From positions 1 to 50,134 of the forward strand of contig CAXHJY010000783.1 in NCBI GenBank assembly GCA_964016885.1: a stretch of DNA of 50,134 nucleotides, written 5' to 3'. The position numbers were made by a program, and so were the translations under genes. The DNA is from Eledone cirrhosa (lineage: Eukaryota). Shown here piece by piece: positions 47,598 through 50,134 of the stretch. Each line of letters opens with the position of its first letter. Position 1 is the stretch's first letter. Under the pieces are notes generated by a model. The model was not told the DNA's origin and searched no databases. It saw only the letters and a program-made list of their open reading frames with translations.

Positions 47598-47599
<2 letters not shown>
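43974..47599 (+). repeat. Right arm: ~7.7 inverted copies of the same 468-bp unit
   Basis: Reverse complement of the left-arm unit; 8 hammerheads on the plus strand; one unit has an expanded A-run at ~46549-46566. Confidence 0.95.
44039..44083 (+). ncRNA. Minimal type I hammerhead, first of 8 in the right arm
   Basis: 7-bp stem I, CUGAUGA at 44046-44052, 4-bp stem II, GAAA at 44067-44070, 1-bp stem III with palindromic CUAG loop, predicted cut 3' of GUU at 44076. Confidence 0.9.

Positions 47600-50134
<2,535 letters not shown>

Noticed and set aside
36526-47599. CRISPR array or tandem tRNA/5S/snRNA cluster
   Set aside because: No unique spacers, eukaryotic context, and no recognisable cloverleaf, 5S or snRNA sequence

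Overview
Eukaryotic, repeat-dominated DNA, probably a cephalopod such as Octopus (inferred from SINE/LINE types and giant TA tracts). About 40% is compound (TA)n/(TG)n microsatellite, so nearly all long Y/I/C/V/M/H/T-rich ORFs in the track are artefacts. Real content: (1) four phase-1 exons of a + strand gene with tandem six-cysteine pacifastin/VWC-like modules (14.7-18.8 kb); (2) RTE-clade LINEs, including a near-full-length decayed copy with three C-terminal C2H2 fingers, 3' fragments, and three short derivatives joining a 5'UTR to the last finger and 3' tail; (3) Penelope-like elements (PLEs) carrying type I hammerhead ribozymes; (4) tRNA-type SINEs and a foldback element. The highlight is an 11-kb array of 24 near-identical 468-bp non-coding units, each with a minimal type I hammerhead. 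It has about 16 units one way and about 8 inverted, sits inside (TA)n, and looks like a non-LTR retrozyme array next to candidate PLE helpers.
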